The notes under the pieces: generated by a model
Databases searched by the model: none
What the model was told of the DNA's origin: nothing
Seen by the model: the letters and a program-made list of their open reading frames with translations, nothing else
NCBI GenBank assembly: GCA_964470965.1
Contig: CAYYIS010000010.1
Coordinates: forward strand, 25,581 to 89,580
Direction of reading: 5' to 3'
Length of the DNA stretch: 64,000 bases
DNA from: an uncultured Gemmatimonadota bacterium
Lineage (GTDB): Bacteria > JAAXHH01 > JABIQT01
Shown here: piece by piece, positions 19,005-28,982 of the stretch
Numbering within the stretch: position 1 is the first letter of the stretch
Layout: the number at the start of each line of letters is the position of its first letter
Translations under genes and position numbers: made by a program

Positions 19005-20651
19005 ATGCCATATTTGCCCAATCCTAGAATCGATAATCCGGACGTCATCGTGATCGGAACCGGCGCTGCCGGTGGGGTGATGATGAAAGAGCTGGCCAGG
19101 TCGGGGTTGAAGGTGGTTGCGCTGGAGATGGGACCGTGGCTCAAAACGCGAGATTACACACAGGATGAGCTTAAGAGTCATGTTTTGAGGGGTTTGATCA
19201 AATACGATCAGCCGAATACATACCGCCGCGCCGCTGAAGAAGAAGCTGAAGCCATGCATTCGATCAACATGCAGTCCAATGTGGGCGGCGCTACGATCCA
19301 CTGGACCGGCATTGCCTGGCGGTACCATGAATCTGATTTTAAAGAGCGCAGTATGTTCGGAACGGTCGAAGGGGCGGATGTCCAGGACTGGCCCCTCGAT
19401 TACTGGGATCTTGAACCGTACTACGAAAAGGCCGAGTACGAATTCGGTGTGTCCGGGCTGGCAGGCGCCAACCCGTTCGATTCACCTCGCCGCAAGCCAT
19501 ATCCCATGCCTCCGGTTGCCAGAACAGCTTCCGGCGCCATTTCGGATTACGCCGCCTCGAGGCTCGGATGGCACTCGTACCCGGCGCCGCTGGGGATCCT
19601 TTCCCGGAATTACGACGGAAGAGCCAAGAGCATGTACTGCGGTTTCTGCGAAGGATACGGGTGTACTGTAGAAGCAAGATCCAGCTCTCTGGTGACCGAT
19701 GTACCTAAAGCTTTGAAAACAGGTAACTGCGAGTTGCGGTCGAACGCCTGCGTTCGTGAAATCACTGTTGACAAAAACGGTCTGGCCAATGGTGTTGTCT
19801 ATCTCGATGAGAACCTGAACGAACATCAGCTGTCGGCCCGTGTCGTGGCACTGTGCGGTAACGGCATCATGTCGCCCCGGGTGCTTCTGTCATCCAAGTC
19901 ATCTCAATTCCCGGATGGCCTGGCAAACCGTAGCGGCAAAGTCGGCAAACACCTTATGTTCAATTACTACCAGGTGGTCCGGGCGTTTTTCGATCAGGAA
20001 CTGAATGAGCACCAGGGTGTGCTGGATACCAGAATCATCCAGGATTTCTACGAACCCAATCCCGATAAATACGGATTTTTCGGTGGCGGTGTGCTCGAAC
20101 CCCGTGGTGACGGCAGTACCATACACTATGCCAATATGAACGCCCCACGTATTCCGAGATGGGGATCGCGCCGTAAGAAGTGGATTATGGATAACTGGGC
20201 CAAGAAGATGTTTGTGGTGACAAGCATGGAATCGCTTTCTCAGGAATCTAACACGATAGACCTCGACCCCAATGTTACTGACAAGTGGGGGCTGGCCGTT
20301 CCTAGAGTAACCTACAACGTCCATCCGAACGAGTGGAAGCTCGGCGATTTCTTCCGGGCCCGTGCTAAAGATTTACTGGAAGCCGCGGGTGCGCGTCAGA
20401 TATTGGCAGGGCGGAACAGTGTTCCACGTGGTGATGCTCACCTTATGGGATCCTGCCGTATGGGTGACGAACCTGAAACATCGGTGTTGAATAAATTCAA
20501 TCAGTCGCATGATGTGAAGAACCTGTTCGTGGTAGATGGCAGTTGTTTCGTCACGTCGGGCAAGAGTAATCCGACGCTCACGATCCAGGCACTCGCCTAT
20601 CGTTCCAGTGAGTATCTCGTCGAACAAATGAAACAAGGGACAATCGGATAG
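19005..20651 (+). CDS. GMC-family FAD-dependent oxidoreductase (flavoprotein dehydrogenase large subunit)
   Basis: VIVIGTGAAGG Rossmann motif; C-terminal NPTLTIQALAYRSSEYL GMC signature; 548 aa. Confidence 0.9.
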   Translation: MPYLPNPRIDNPDVIVIGTGAAGGVMMKELARSGLKVVALEMGPWLKTRDYTQDELKSHVLRGLIKYDQPNTYRRAAEEEAEAMHSINMQSNVGGATIHWTGIAWRYHESDFKERSMFGTVEGADVQDWPLDYWDLEPYYEKAEYEFGVSGLAGANPFDSPRRKPYPMPPVARTASGAISDYAASRLGWHSYPAPLGILSRNYDGRAKSMYCGFCEGYGCTVEARSSSLVTDVPKALKTGNCELRSNACVREITVDKNGLANGVVYLDENLNEHQLSARVVALCGNGIMSPRVLLSSKSSQFPDGLANRSGKVGKHLMFNYYQVVRAFFDQELNEHQGVLDTRIIQDFYEPNPDKYGFFGGGVLEPRGDGSTIHYANMNAPRIPRWGSRRKKWIMDNWAKKMFVVTSMESLSQESNTIDLDPNVTDKWGLAVPRVTYNVHPNEWKLGDFFRARAKDLLEAAGARQILAGRNSVPRGDAHLMGSCRMGDEPETSVLNKFNQSHDVKNLFVVDGSCFVTSGKSNPTLTIQALAYRSSEYLVEQMKQGTIG

Positions 20652-20667
20652 GGGGTTGTGAACAGGA

Positions 20668-21462
20668 ATGAAAAACATGTACCGAGTTTATCTGCCCGTG
20701 GTTATGATCATATTCTGCCTTTCCGTTAATGGTACATCCCAGGCACAGGAAAAAGCATATGGAAAAGGAGCGACATCCTGGAAACAGGTTGACGGTCCTT
20801 TCTTCGAAACATGCAGCATGTGTCATCAACGGCTTGGAGAGCGGCTTTCTTCGCAGGTTCTCGAATGGCGTAATAGTGTTCATTTCCGTAACGGCGTCTT
20901 CTGCGATTCCTGCCACGGCGGAGATCCTACCAGTACGGTCCTCACTATATCCATGGGGGAAGCCGCGGGGTTCCAATCGGATCCCAGTCCGCAGGAAACG
21001 CCTGACTTCTGCGGTCCAAGTTGCCATCCGACGGCGTTTACCATCAGCGAAGCCAATATTCACACGGAAGACTTTGAGGACAATGACTGGGAACCGAATT
21101 GTGTGACCTGTCACGGCAGCCACGAAGTGCAGGAAGTGAGTCTGGACCTGGTCTCCCTCGAGGAAAAGACCTGTGGTCCGTGCCATTCCCGTGCTTTCTA
21201 TATCCGTCAGACGGAAAAACAATCGCTCACAGATGCGCACCAACTTGTAGAAGATCTGTACATTCAGTTGGAAACGATGCCCGAACAACCCATAAAAAAT
21301 ACCATTCGTGTCCGGCTGGACAAGGCATTCAAAGATCTCCGGGGGCTGGCGCATTACTTCAATCGTCGGCAGATCCGGGCATCCAAAGCACCTATCGACA
21401 GAGAACTGACCTACATTAAATCAATTTTGGATTTCAGGGAAAGTGATGTATTGCGTCAGTAG
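20668..21462 (+). CDS. Multihaem cytochrome c subunit, likely the electron acceptor of the GMC dehydrogenase
   Basis: Four CxxCH motifs (CSMCH, CDSCH, CVTCH, CGPCH) plus a CGPSCH (CX3CH) site; N-terminal signal or anchor. Confidence 0.75.
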   Translation: MKNMYRVYLPVVMIIFCLSVNGTSQAQEKAYGKGATSWKQVDGPFFETCSMCHQRLGERLSSQVLEWRNSVHFRNGVFCDSCHGGDPTSTVLTISMGEAAGFQSDPSPQETPDFCGPSCHPTAFTISEANIHTEDFEDNDWEPNCVTCHGSHEVQEVSLDLVSLEEKTCGPCHSRAFYIRQTEKQSLTDAHQLVEDLYIQLETMPEQPIKNTIRVRLDKAFKDLRGLAHYFNRRQIRASKAPIDRELTYIKSILDFRESDVLRQ

Positions 21463-21500
21463 GATCACTGGTGGAAAAAGAGGTAGTACAACCACACAAT

Positions 21501-21550
21501 GAAAGCCGCCCCAGACTCAATATGAGGCGGCTTTCATTGTGTATTGTCTT
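21501..21550 (+). terminator. Rho-independent terminator closing the dehydrogenase/cytochrome operon
   Basis: gaaagccgcc ... ggcggctttc 10-bp stem with a 16-nt loop, followed by attgtgtattgtctt. Confidence 0.7.
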
Positions 21551-21927
21551 CCTGTAACACTGATGTCCTGTGTGCCGAAAGGTATCACCGTCGAAGGCGA
21601 TGTTGAAGCTGCTGCCGGGGAGTCTGTTGAAATTTGTCACATCCCAGTTCTATTCGGTGAAAACAGAAAAATGGACTGCCGCCACTGACTTATTTCTTGT
21701 CATTTCTCCATTTGAGGTTCTAGTTAGGATTTTTTAAATAGGAAGATCCTCACGTCATAGTCACCGGTCCAGAATAGTAAGTGAATAGTTCACGAACGCC
21801 CAACCGATGTAGAAGCGGTTGTCTAACCTGCGCGATTTTTTCTTGCGACAACGGCCGCAGTGGTGTAGTTTAGAACAGTATGGCAAGCGAGCCATTTCGA
21901 GCCTCCCACATCTTCGGATTGAGACCT

Positions 21928-22986
21928 ATGAAAAGACGCACCCTCATCGCTGCTGCAGGACTGGCTACCGGAGCCCTGATCGGCGCCGAATATTATCTTC
22001 GTTACCGGAATCGCATGATCAACCGCGACCGTTGGTTCCACGAAAGCTACGACGGTTCTCAACCCTATCAGGTGTTTCACAACCGCAGCGGCTGGGAACT
22101 GATGCCAGATTATAACGTCGCGGGTATTCGGATCAATCAGTACGGTTTTCGGGGTGAAGATTTCTCCAGATCGAAAGACGCCGATGTTAAGCGGATAATC
22201 TGCCTCGGCGATTCCACCACATTCGGCCTTGCCGGCGATGAATCGCCCTATCCTTACCATTTGCAACAGCATCTGGGTGACATGGAGCTCCAGTCGCCCT
22301 ACCAGGTTATTAACGCTGGGGTAGAGGGACACAGTTCGGTTAACGGGCTGCTTCGTCTGCCGTGGCTCATAACGCATAAACCGGATATCATGATCATATA
22401 TCTCGGATGGTCCGATTTGTGGATCAGCAACCCGGGTCGTTACCCTGATTTGCGGCGGAAACCGCGGTCGTTCTGGCATTACGGTAACGGACATCATTCC
22501 AGTCTGATGATGTTAGACACGGTTAAGGATGCCCTCGGGTTCAACGGTTATGACCCACCGATCAGTTCCTTTGATCTGGACACGTTCGTGCCAACAAACT
22601 TTGAATTTAACATGAAGCAGATCATCCGGACCTGTAAAAAAGAGCAAATCAGAACCGTTCTGGTGACGCTGCCTACCCTTATCCCCTCTTGCGTGGACCA
22701 GTCGTCCCTGGGGAAGGAGATGCTGGAGAAGTTACGGTATCCAGCCTTTTTCTCACCGGGTGATCTCGACAGCCTGAAGCAGTTATACGAAGTGTACGAC
22801 ACCACGATCCGTACGCTGGCGTACGAAGAAGATGTCGACCTGGTCGACATCAACGACGGTTTCGAAGCCTTTGATAACCGCCGTGACCAGTACTTCCTGG
22901 ATACCAGCCATCCGAATATCGACGGTAACCAGTTGATCGCCCAGATTTTGGCGAATGGGTTATACGACCGCGGTATCGTTGGATAA
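21928..22986 (+). CDS. SGNH/GDSL-family hydrolase with an RR-containing signal peptide
   Basis: ICLGDSTTFG GDSL motif; MKRRTLIAAAGLATGALIGA signal; internal start chosen at 21928. Confidence 0.7.
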   Translation: MKRRTLIAAAGLATGALIGAEYYLRYRNRMINRDRWFHESYDGSQPYQVFHNRSGWELMPDYNVAGIRINQYGFRGEDFSRSKDADVKRIICLGDSTTFGLAGDESPYPYHLQQHLGDMELQSPYQVINAGVEGHSSVNGLLRLPWLITHKPDIMIIYLGWSDLWISNPGRYPDLRRKPRSFWHYGNGHHSSLMMLDTVKDALGFNGYDPPISSFDLDTFVPTNFEFNMKQIIRTCKKEQIRTVLVTLPTLIPSCVDQSSLGKEMLEKLRYPAFFSPGDLDSLKQLYEVYDTTIRTLAYEEDVDLVDINDGFEAFDNRRDQYFLDTSHPNIDGNQLIAQILANGLYDRGIVG

Positions 22987-22993
22987 GCAATCG

Positions 22994-23545
22994 ATGGCGC
23001 CTCTCTCATACAAGTCTATTTCAACACCAATTGGAACTATGTATGTTGCAGCGACGGTGCGTGGCGTCTGTCGTGTAACGTATGATGACACCGATGAAGA
23101 GTTCGAAGAAGATCTCCATGTTCGATACGGCAGAGCAGCGGTGTTTGCCCCGAAAGATACCCTTTTACAAGATGCCGAGTCGCAACTCGAGCGCTATTTT
23201 GTCGGTGAATTAAGAGCGTTCGATGTGGCACTGGATTTCCTCGAAGGCACCCCTTTCATGCACCGCGCCTGGCAGGTACAGACCACCATCCCGTACGGGC
23301 AGGTCCGCTCCTATAAATGGGTGGCGGAACAGGTCGGAAAACCCGGAGCCGCCCGTGCGGCTGGTCAGGCCAACAGCCGGTGCTGCGTTTCGATCTTCGT
23401 TCCCTGCCACCGTGTAATCAGTCACGACGGCAGCATCGGCGGATACGGGGATCGGTTAGAGGTAAAAAAATTCCTGCTCAGATTGGAAGGGGCGGTGTGG
23501 GGAAGGGGAATGCCGCACCATTCGGTAGATGATGGTCTGGAATAA
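22994..23545 (+). CDS. ogt: Methylated-DNA-protein-cysteine methyltransferase (Ogt/Ada C-terminal type)
   Basis: PCHRVIS active-site motif; winged-helix region YGQVRSYKWVAEQVGKPGAARAAGQAN. Confidence 0.8.
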   Translation: MAPLSYKSISTPIGTMYVAATVRGVCRVTYDDTDEEFEEDLHVRYGRAAVFAPKDTLLQDAESQLERYFVGELRAFDVALDFLEGTPFMHRAWQVQTTIPYGQVRSYKWVAEQVGKPGAARAAGQANSRCCVSIFVPCHRVISHDGSIGGYGDRLEVKKFLLRLEGAVWGRGMPHHSVDDGLE

Positions 23546-23589
23546 TTATCCGTCACCAGTAACAAAAATGGACAAGAGATACTCAACCC

Positions 23590-24243
23590 ATGGCACTTGA
23601 TATTCCGAACCGCCTTTATTTCACCTACTCATTTCCCTGTCAATACCTTCGAAAAACGCCGAATATCGATGGTGACCTGGGCGATTTGGAACCGGAATTT
23701 CTGGTGCCGGACCTCGGGTTTCTGGAAGATATCCCGAAGGTTTCAGATGTCTATATGGCCTGGAACGAGCAGGGATTGTATTTCGGTGTTGAGGTCAAGA
23801 AGAAGCGGCAGGTCCGGTCCAGCTTTGCACGGCACTGGAGCGGTGACAGTTTCCAGATATGGCTCGATACACGGGATGTTAAAACTGCACGAAGGGCTGG
23901 CCGGCACTGTCATCAGTTCAACTGTCTGCCCACCGGCGGCGGACCGAATGGAGACCTGCCGATCGTAAAGCCTACTCAGATCGATCGCTCCAAAGAAAAA
24001 TGGAACGTCCCTTTGCCAGAGGACATCCCGGTCGCCTCTCGCATCACGTCCAGTGGTTACACGCTGGAAGTAGCCCTTCCCGCTGATATTCTTAGTGGAT
24101 ACGATCCGGAAGAGTTTCCCCGCCTTGGTTTCACTTACTACCTGAACAATTCAGAGTGGCCATCCCAGTGGTGGAGCGCCGGTCGTGATCTCCGCGTCTA
24201 TATCGATCCCAGCACATGGGGCACAGCAGTGCTCCGGAAGTAG
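23590..24243 (+). CDS. Hypothetical protein, possibly CBM9-like/DOMON-like carbohydrate-binding fold
   Basis: NIDGDLGDLEPEF, MAWNEQGLYFGVEV and GDSFQIWLD resemble family-9 CBM-like domains. No signal peptide. Weak. Confidence 0.35.
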   Translation: MALDIPNRLYFTYSFPCQYLRKTPNIDGDLGDLEPEFLVPDLGFLEDIPKVSDVYMAWNEQGLYFGVEVKKKRQVRSSFARHWSGDSFQIWLDTRDVKTARRAGRHCHQFNCLPTGGGPNGDLPIVKPTQIDRSKEKWNVPLPEDIPVASRITSSGYTLEVALPADILSGYDPEEFPRLGFTYYLNNSEWPSQWWSAGRDLRVYIDPSTWGTAVLRK

Positions 24244-24283
24244 GACTGCTCCTTCCCTTCCGCTGACGGGTAGGGAAGAGGGG

Positions 24284-25003
24284 TCAGGCCTTACTCAAAC
24301 CTGACATACTCGTTGCCGGATCTTCCGGCAGTGTCTCGGTGTGTCTTGCTAGGTAGTGAACGATGAACGTTCGTCGGAACCGGTCGTCTGTTTCATTCGG
24401 ATAGGAGCCGTGGATCGTGAATCCGTCGAAGAACAGGACGTCGCCCGCTTCCATATCGACGCCTGTCTCGTCTGCATCATCGGGTAAGACCGCTTCACCG
24501 GGAGTAAAGGAGAGCGACTCATCCGCGAATTGAACGGGCAGCACGCCCAGCCTGTTCGATCCGGGTACGACGATCATTTGGCCGTTTGCCCGATCGCAAC
24601 GGTCCAGCGCCAGCCAGGCTGCTATGATGGGGTAGCGACGTATATACTGGTTGTCCTGGTGCAGTCCCTGGCCACGGGCGCCTGGCGGTTTAAAATAGAG
24701 CATGGTCTGACACAGCTCCACCTCGTCCCCTACCAGTTTCGCTGCATTATCCATCAACCGGGGGTCTCGCTGCCACACCTGCGATTTCTCATCCCATTCG
24801 TGCATATTGATGAACCGGGGAAACCTGTTCAGTGGATCTACATTACCCCTCGCGGGATCACCGCCGTAATCACCTGGTTTCGGTCCCTGCATCCGCTTCT
24901 TCATGAAATGATCCCGAACCTCTGCAACTTCTTTCTGAGTAAACAGACCACGGGCAAGATAAAAGCCTTTTTCCTCAAACTGAATTCTGGCATCAGCGTC
25001 CAT
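24284..25003 (-). CDS. Phytanoyl-CoA dioxygenase (PhyH)-family Fe(II)/2-oxoglutarate oxygenase
   Basis: HQDNQY ... DGFTIHGS motifs; start trimmed to 25003 (SD caggag) to avoid overlap with metH. Confidence 0.7.
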   Translation of the reverse strand: MDADARIQFEEKGFYLARGLFTQKEVAEVRDHFMKKRMQGPKPGDYGGDPARGNVDPLNRFPRFINMHEWDEKSQVWQRDPRLMDNAAKLVGDEVELCQTMLYFKPPGARGQGLHQDNQYIRRYPIIAAWLALDRCDRANGQMIVVPGSNRLGVLPVQFADESLSFTPGEAVLPDDADETGVDMEAGDVLFFDGFTIHGSYPNETDDRFRRTFIVHYLARHTETLPEDPATSMSGLSKA

Positions 25004-25029
25004 TGATGGCTCCTGAAAAAGGTGAGCAG

Positions 25030-28000
25030 TTACCGCGATACATGTGTGGAGGCTGATGACGCCGGATCGTAATCCAGGTTGGGCATCAGCCATTTCTCGA
25101 CATCGGTCATCGAAATTCCTTTGCGGGAGGCGTAGTCTTCCACCTGGTCCCGGCCGATTTTCCCGACGGCGAAATACCGGGCGTCGGGATGACCAAAGTA
25201 CAGGCCGCATACTGAGGATGCGGGTGTCATTGCAAAGCTTTCGGTGAGGGTGATGCCTATGTTTTCTTCCGCATGGAGAAGGTCGAAGAGGATCTGCTTC
25301 TCCGTATGATCCGGACAGGCCGGATAACCAGGTGCCGGGCGGATGCCACGGTATTTCTCCCGGATCAGGTCGTTGTTACTGAAATCTTCTTCGTGTCCAT
25401 AGCCCCAGGCACGACGCGCCTGGAGGTGGGTGCGCTCTGCCAGCGCTTCTGCCAGACGGTCGGCCAACGCCTTGGCCATGATGGCGCGGTAATCGTCGTA
25501 GTCCGCCTCGTAGCGCTGTACCAGCGTGTCGATGCCAAGTCCAGCGGTCACGGCAAACGCGCCGATGTAGTCCGCTCGCCCGCTATGGGCGGACGCTATG
25601 AAGTCTCCCAGGGAATAACACGGCGCGTTTTCGGAACGCGGACGTTGCTGGCGCAGCATGTGAAACCGAGTCAACGTTTTTGAGCGCGTATCGTCCGTAT
25701 ACAGCACCACATCGTCACCTTCGGCCAGTGCGGGAAAGAAACCCCAGGCAGCTTTCGCCTGCAGTAGCCGTTCGGAAACGATGCATTCAAGCAGGCGCTG
25801 CGCATCTTCGAAAAGGTCCCGGGCCTGGGCGCCTACGACAGGATCTTCAATGATTTTCGGATAGCGCCCCCGCAATTCCCATGTATTAAAGAAAGGGGTC
25901 CAGTCAATGTAAGGTATGATATCCTCGAGAGGAATATCATCCTCTACACGTACGCCTTGGAATTCCGGAATCCCGATCTGTGTCGCGGTCCAGTCGATTA
26001 CGGGCCGCCGCTGTCGGGCCTCGTCTAGCGGCAGGAGCGCTATGCGGGGCGTACGCCCTTCGTACTCGGCGCGGATGCGCTCATATTCGGCGCGTATCGC
26101 CGATTCATAACCTGGCTTGAGGGCATCGCTGATAAGACTACCGACCACCTCCACGGCACGGGAAGCATCGAGTACATGCACCGTATTCGCGTGATATGAA
26201 GGTGCGATTTTTACGGCGGTGTGCTTTCTGCTGGTTGTGGCACCGCCGATCAACAGGGGGATGTCGAAACCCTCCCGATCCATTTCCCGGGCCACATGTA
26301 CCATCTCGTCCAGCGAAGGGGTGATCAGTCCGCTCAATCCGATCAAGTCGGCCTCTTCGGTTCGGGCTGTCTGCAGGATCTTATCGACCGGCACCATCAC
26401 GCCCAGATCGATAATCTCGTAGTTGTTACACGCCAGGACGACGCCGACGATGTTTTTACCGATGTCGTGCACATCGCCTTTTACGGTTGCCATCACGATT
26501 TTACCCTGATACTTCCGCGCGCCATCGTCCTGCCCCCCTTCCATGAACGGGATCAAGTATGCAACGGCCTTCTTCATAACTCTAGCGGTTTTGACGACCT
26601 GCGGCAGGAACATCTTGCCGTCGCCGAACAGATCGCCGACCACGCTCATACCGCCCATCAACGGCCCTTCGATTATGTGCAACGGTCGTTCGTATTTCTG
26701 CCGCGCTTCCTCCACATCCTCTTCGATGTAATCCGCGATGCCTTTTATCAGCGCATGGGAGAGACGTTCTTCCAGCGTACCCTGACGCCAGGATTCGTCT
26801 TTGACCTGTGCCTTACCTTTTTGCTTCTTCGTTTCAGCGAACTCAAGCAGCCGTTCCGTGGCGTCTTCCCGTCGGTTGAGCAGCACATCCTCTACCAGCT
26901 GCAACGTCTCCTCATCTATATCCTCATAGAGCGCAAGCTGGCCGGCATTGACGATACCCATGTCCATTCCCGCCTGGATGGCATGGTACAGGAACGCGGC
27001 ATGCATGGCCTCCCGAATGTAGTCGTTGCCGCGAAACGAGAACGAGATATTGCTCACGCCACCGCTCACCTTAGCCTTTGGAAATAGAACTTTAAGCCGT
27101 CGGATAGACTCGATAAAGTTAACAGCATAGTCGTTGTGTTCCTCGATGCCAGTGGCCACGGTAAGGATGTTCGGATCAAATATGATGTCAAGTGGATCCG
27201 TGCCTACGTCTTCGGTCAGAATCCTGTAAGAACGCGCCAGGATCTCCACCTTCCGGTCTACCGACGTGGCCTGTCCTTCCTCGTCAAAAGCCATTACAAC
27301 AACCGCCGCCCCGTAGGCTTTGACCAGATGGGCGTATTTCCTGAACTGCGCTTCGCCCTCTTTGAGACTGATGGAGTTGACGACTCCCTTGCCCTGGACA
27401 CACTTGAGACCGGCTTCTATCACCGACCATTTGGAACTGTCGATCATGATGGGCACGCGGGCAACATCCGGTTCGGCGGCGATGTAGTTCAGGAACGTGG
27501 TCATGGCCTCTCCACCATCTAACATGCCTTCGTCCATATTTACGTCGATGATATTGGCTCCGCCTTCCACCTGCTGGCGCGCCACCTCCAGCCCTTCTTC
27601 GAATCTGTCCTTCAGAATCAGTTTGGCAAATCGGCGGGAACCGGTAACATTGGTGCGTTCGCCGATCATCGTGAAGGTGCTGTCTTTGAATATTTTGAAC
27701 GGTTCGAGGCCGCTGTACACAGAAATTTCTTCCTGCTCGGGCGGTGTACGCGGCCTGCCTCGCACTTCCACCGCCTGCGCGATGGCACGGATATGGTCGG
27801 GCGTGGATCCACAGCACCCGCCTACGAAGTTAAGCCATCCTTCAGATACGAAAGAACCGAGTACTTCGGCCATATGCTCCGGCGTATCGTCGTACCCACC
27901 GAATTCGTTGGGCAGTCCCGCGTTGGGATAACAACTCATGTAAATCGGCACGGTGTGGGACAGTTCTTCCACATACCCGCCCATCTGGTCAGCTCCCAGC

Positions 28001-28857
28001 GAACAATTGATGCCCATGCTCAGCAAATTGAAATGGCTGATAGAGGTCCAGAAAGCTTCGAGCGTCTGTCCCGAGAGTGTGCGTCCGCTGGCATCGGTGA
28101 CCGTCACGGATGCCATAACGGGCACCTGACGCATTCCCTCGTCGAACAACCGCTGGATTGCGAATAGGCCGGCTTTGATGTTGAGTGTGTCGAAAGTGGT
28201 CTCCATCATGAGCAGGTCCGCACCACCCGCGATCAGCGCGCGGGCCTGAACCCCATAGGACGTCGCCAGATCGTCGAAGGTCACCAAACGATACGCCGGG
28301 TTGTTGACGTCCGGCGATAGCGACGCCGTTCTGGTGGTCGGCCCCATAGCGCCTACGACAAAACGGGGCCGTGAAGGATCTTCGGCAACAAAGGCATCTA
28401 CGGCACGACGGGCAACCTGAGCAGCGGCCAGACTGATGTCGTAGCTGTGTGCCTCCAGGCCGTAATCCGCCTGTGACGTGGAGGTAGCCGTGAAGGTATT
28501 CGTCTCGATCAGATCAGCGCCGGCTTCGAGATACTTGCGGTGGATCTCCTCGATGATATCCGGGCGTGTGAGGGACAGCAGGTCATTGTTACCCTTAAGA
28601 TCTTTAGGATGATCCTTAAATTTATCCCCACGAAAGTCTACTTCTTCAAGCCCATAACCCTGAATCAAGGATCCCATGGCGCCATCGAATATGAGGATAC
28701 GTTCGGACAGCAGGCCGTGGAGCTGTGCGACGATTTCCGTATATGAGGTATGAGTTTCAGGTTGGCTGAAGATAGTGTCTCCTGAGCGAAGTGTCACCAC
28801 TGGGGAGGTCGGGTCTCCCTGAGTCCGGAAAAGAATCATTAAAGGCACAGTCGCCAA
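25030..28857 (-). CDS. metH: Cobalamin-dependent methionine synthase MetH. The N-terminal start is uncertain; the longest ORF is 1275 aa.
   Basis: [15 protein letters not shown] Hcy-binding N-terminus; pterin-binding, B12-binding ([11 protein letters not shown]) and AdoMet activation domains are all present. Confidence 0.9.
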   Translation of the reverse strand: MATVPLMILFRTQGDPTSPVVTLRSGDTIFSQPETHTSYTEIVAQLHGLLSERILIFDGAMGSLIQGYGLEEVDFRGDKFKDHPKDLKGNNDLLSLTRPDIIEEIHRKYLEAGADLIETNTFTATSTSQADYGLEAHSYDISLAAAQVARRAVDAFVAEDPSRPRFVVGAMGPTTRTASLSPDVNNPAYRLVTFDDLATSYGVQARALIAGGADLLMMETTFDTLNIKAGLFAIQRLFDEGMRQVPVMASVTVTDASGRTLSGQTLEAFWTSISHFNLLSMGINCSLGADQMGGYVEELSHTVPIYMSCYPNAGLPNEFGGYDDTPEHMAEVLGSFVSEGWLNFVGGCCGSTPDHIRAIAQAVEVRGRPRTPPEQEEISVYSGLEPFKIFKDSTFTMIGERTNVTGSRRFAKLILKDRFEEGLEVARQQVEGGANIIDVNMDEGMLDGGEAMTTFLNYIAAEPDVARVPIMIDSSKWSVIEAGLKCVQGKGVVNSISLKEGEAQFRKYAHLVKAYGAAVVVMAFDEEGQATSVDRKVEILARSYRILTEDVGTDPLDIIFDPNILTVATGIEEHNDYAVNFIESIRRLKVLFPKAKVSGGVSNISFSFRGNDYIREAMHAAFLYHAIQAGMDMGIVNAGQLALYEDIDEETLQLVEDVLLNRREDATERLLEFAETKKQKGKAQVKDESWRQGTLEERLSHALIKGIADYIEEDVEEARQKYERPLHIIEGPLMGGMSVVGDLFGDGKMFLPQVVKTARVMKKAVAYLIPFMEGGQDDGARKYQGKIVMATVKGDVHDIGKNIVGVVLACNNYEIIDLGVMVPVDKILQTARTEEADLIGLSGLITPSLDEMVHVAREMDREGFDIPLLIGGATTSRKHTAVKIAPSYHANTVHVLDASRAVEVVGSLISDALKPGYESAIRAEYERIRAEYEGRTPRIALLPLDEARQRRPVIDWTATQIGIPEFQGVRVEDDIPLEDIIPYIDWTPFFNTWELRGRYPKIIEDPVVGAQARDLFEDAQRLLECIVSERLLQAKAAWGFFPALAEGDDVVLYTDDTRSKTLTRFHMLRQQRPRSENAPCYSLGDFIASAHSGRADYIGAFAVTAGLGIDTLVQRYEADYDDYRAIMAKALADRLAEALAERTHLQARRAWGYGHEEDFSNNDLIREKYRGIRPAPGYPACPDHTEKQILFDLLHAEENIGITLTESFAMTPASSVCGLYFGHPDARYFAVGKIGRDQVEDYASRKGISMTDVEKWLMPNLDYDPASSASTHVSR

Positions 28858-28982
28858 TAACAGGGAGATACCGGCATTTCAGCCGGGGCGACAGCCAGTA
28901 TCAGAAAGATCATTCAAACCGGAACTGCTTATGGATTCCTAAAACAAAAGAAAGATGGTCGTTCAATCAATAAAGAAATTGT

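Noticed and set aside
28858-28982. Possible cobalamin riboswitch upstream of metH
   Set aside because: Only 125 nt separate metH from the upstream gene, and no B12-box-like sequence was seen. B12-dependent MetH is also not a usual riboswitch target.
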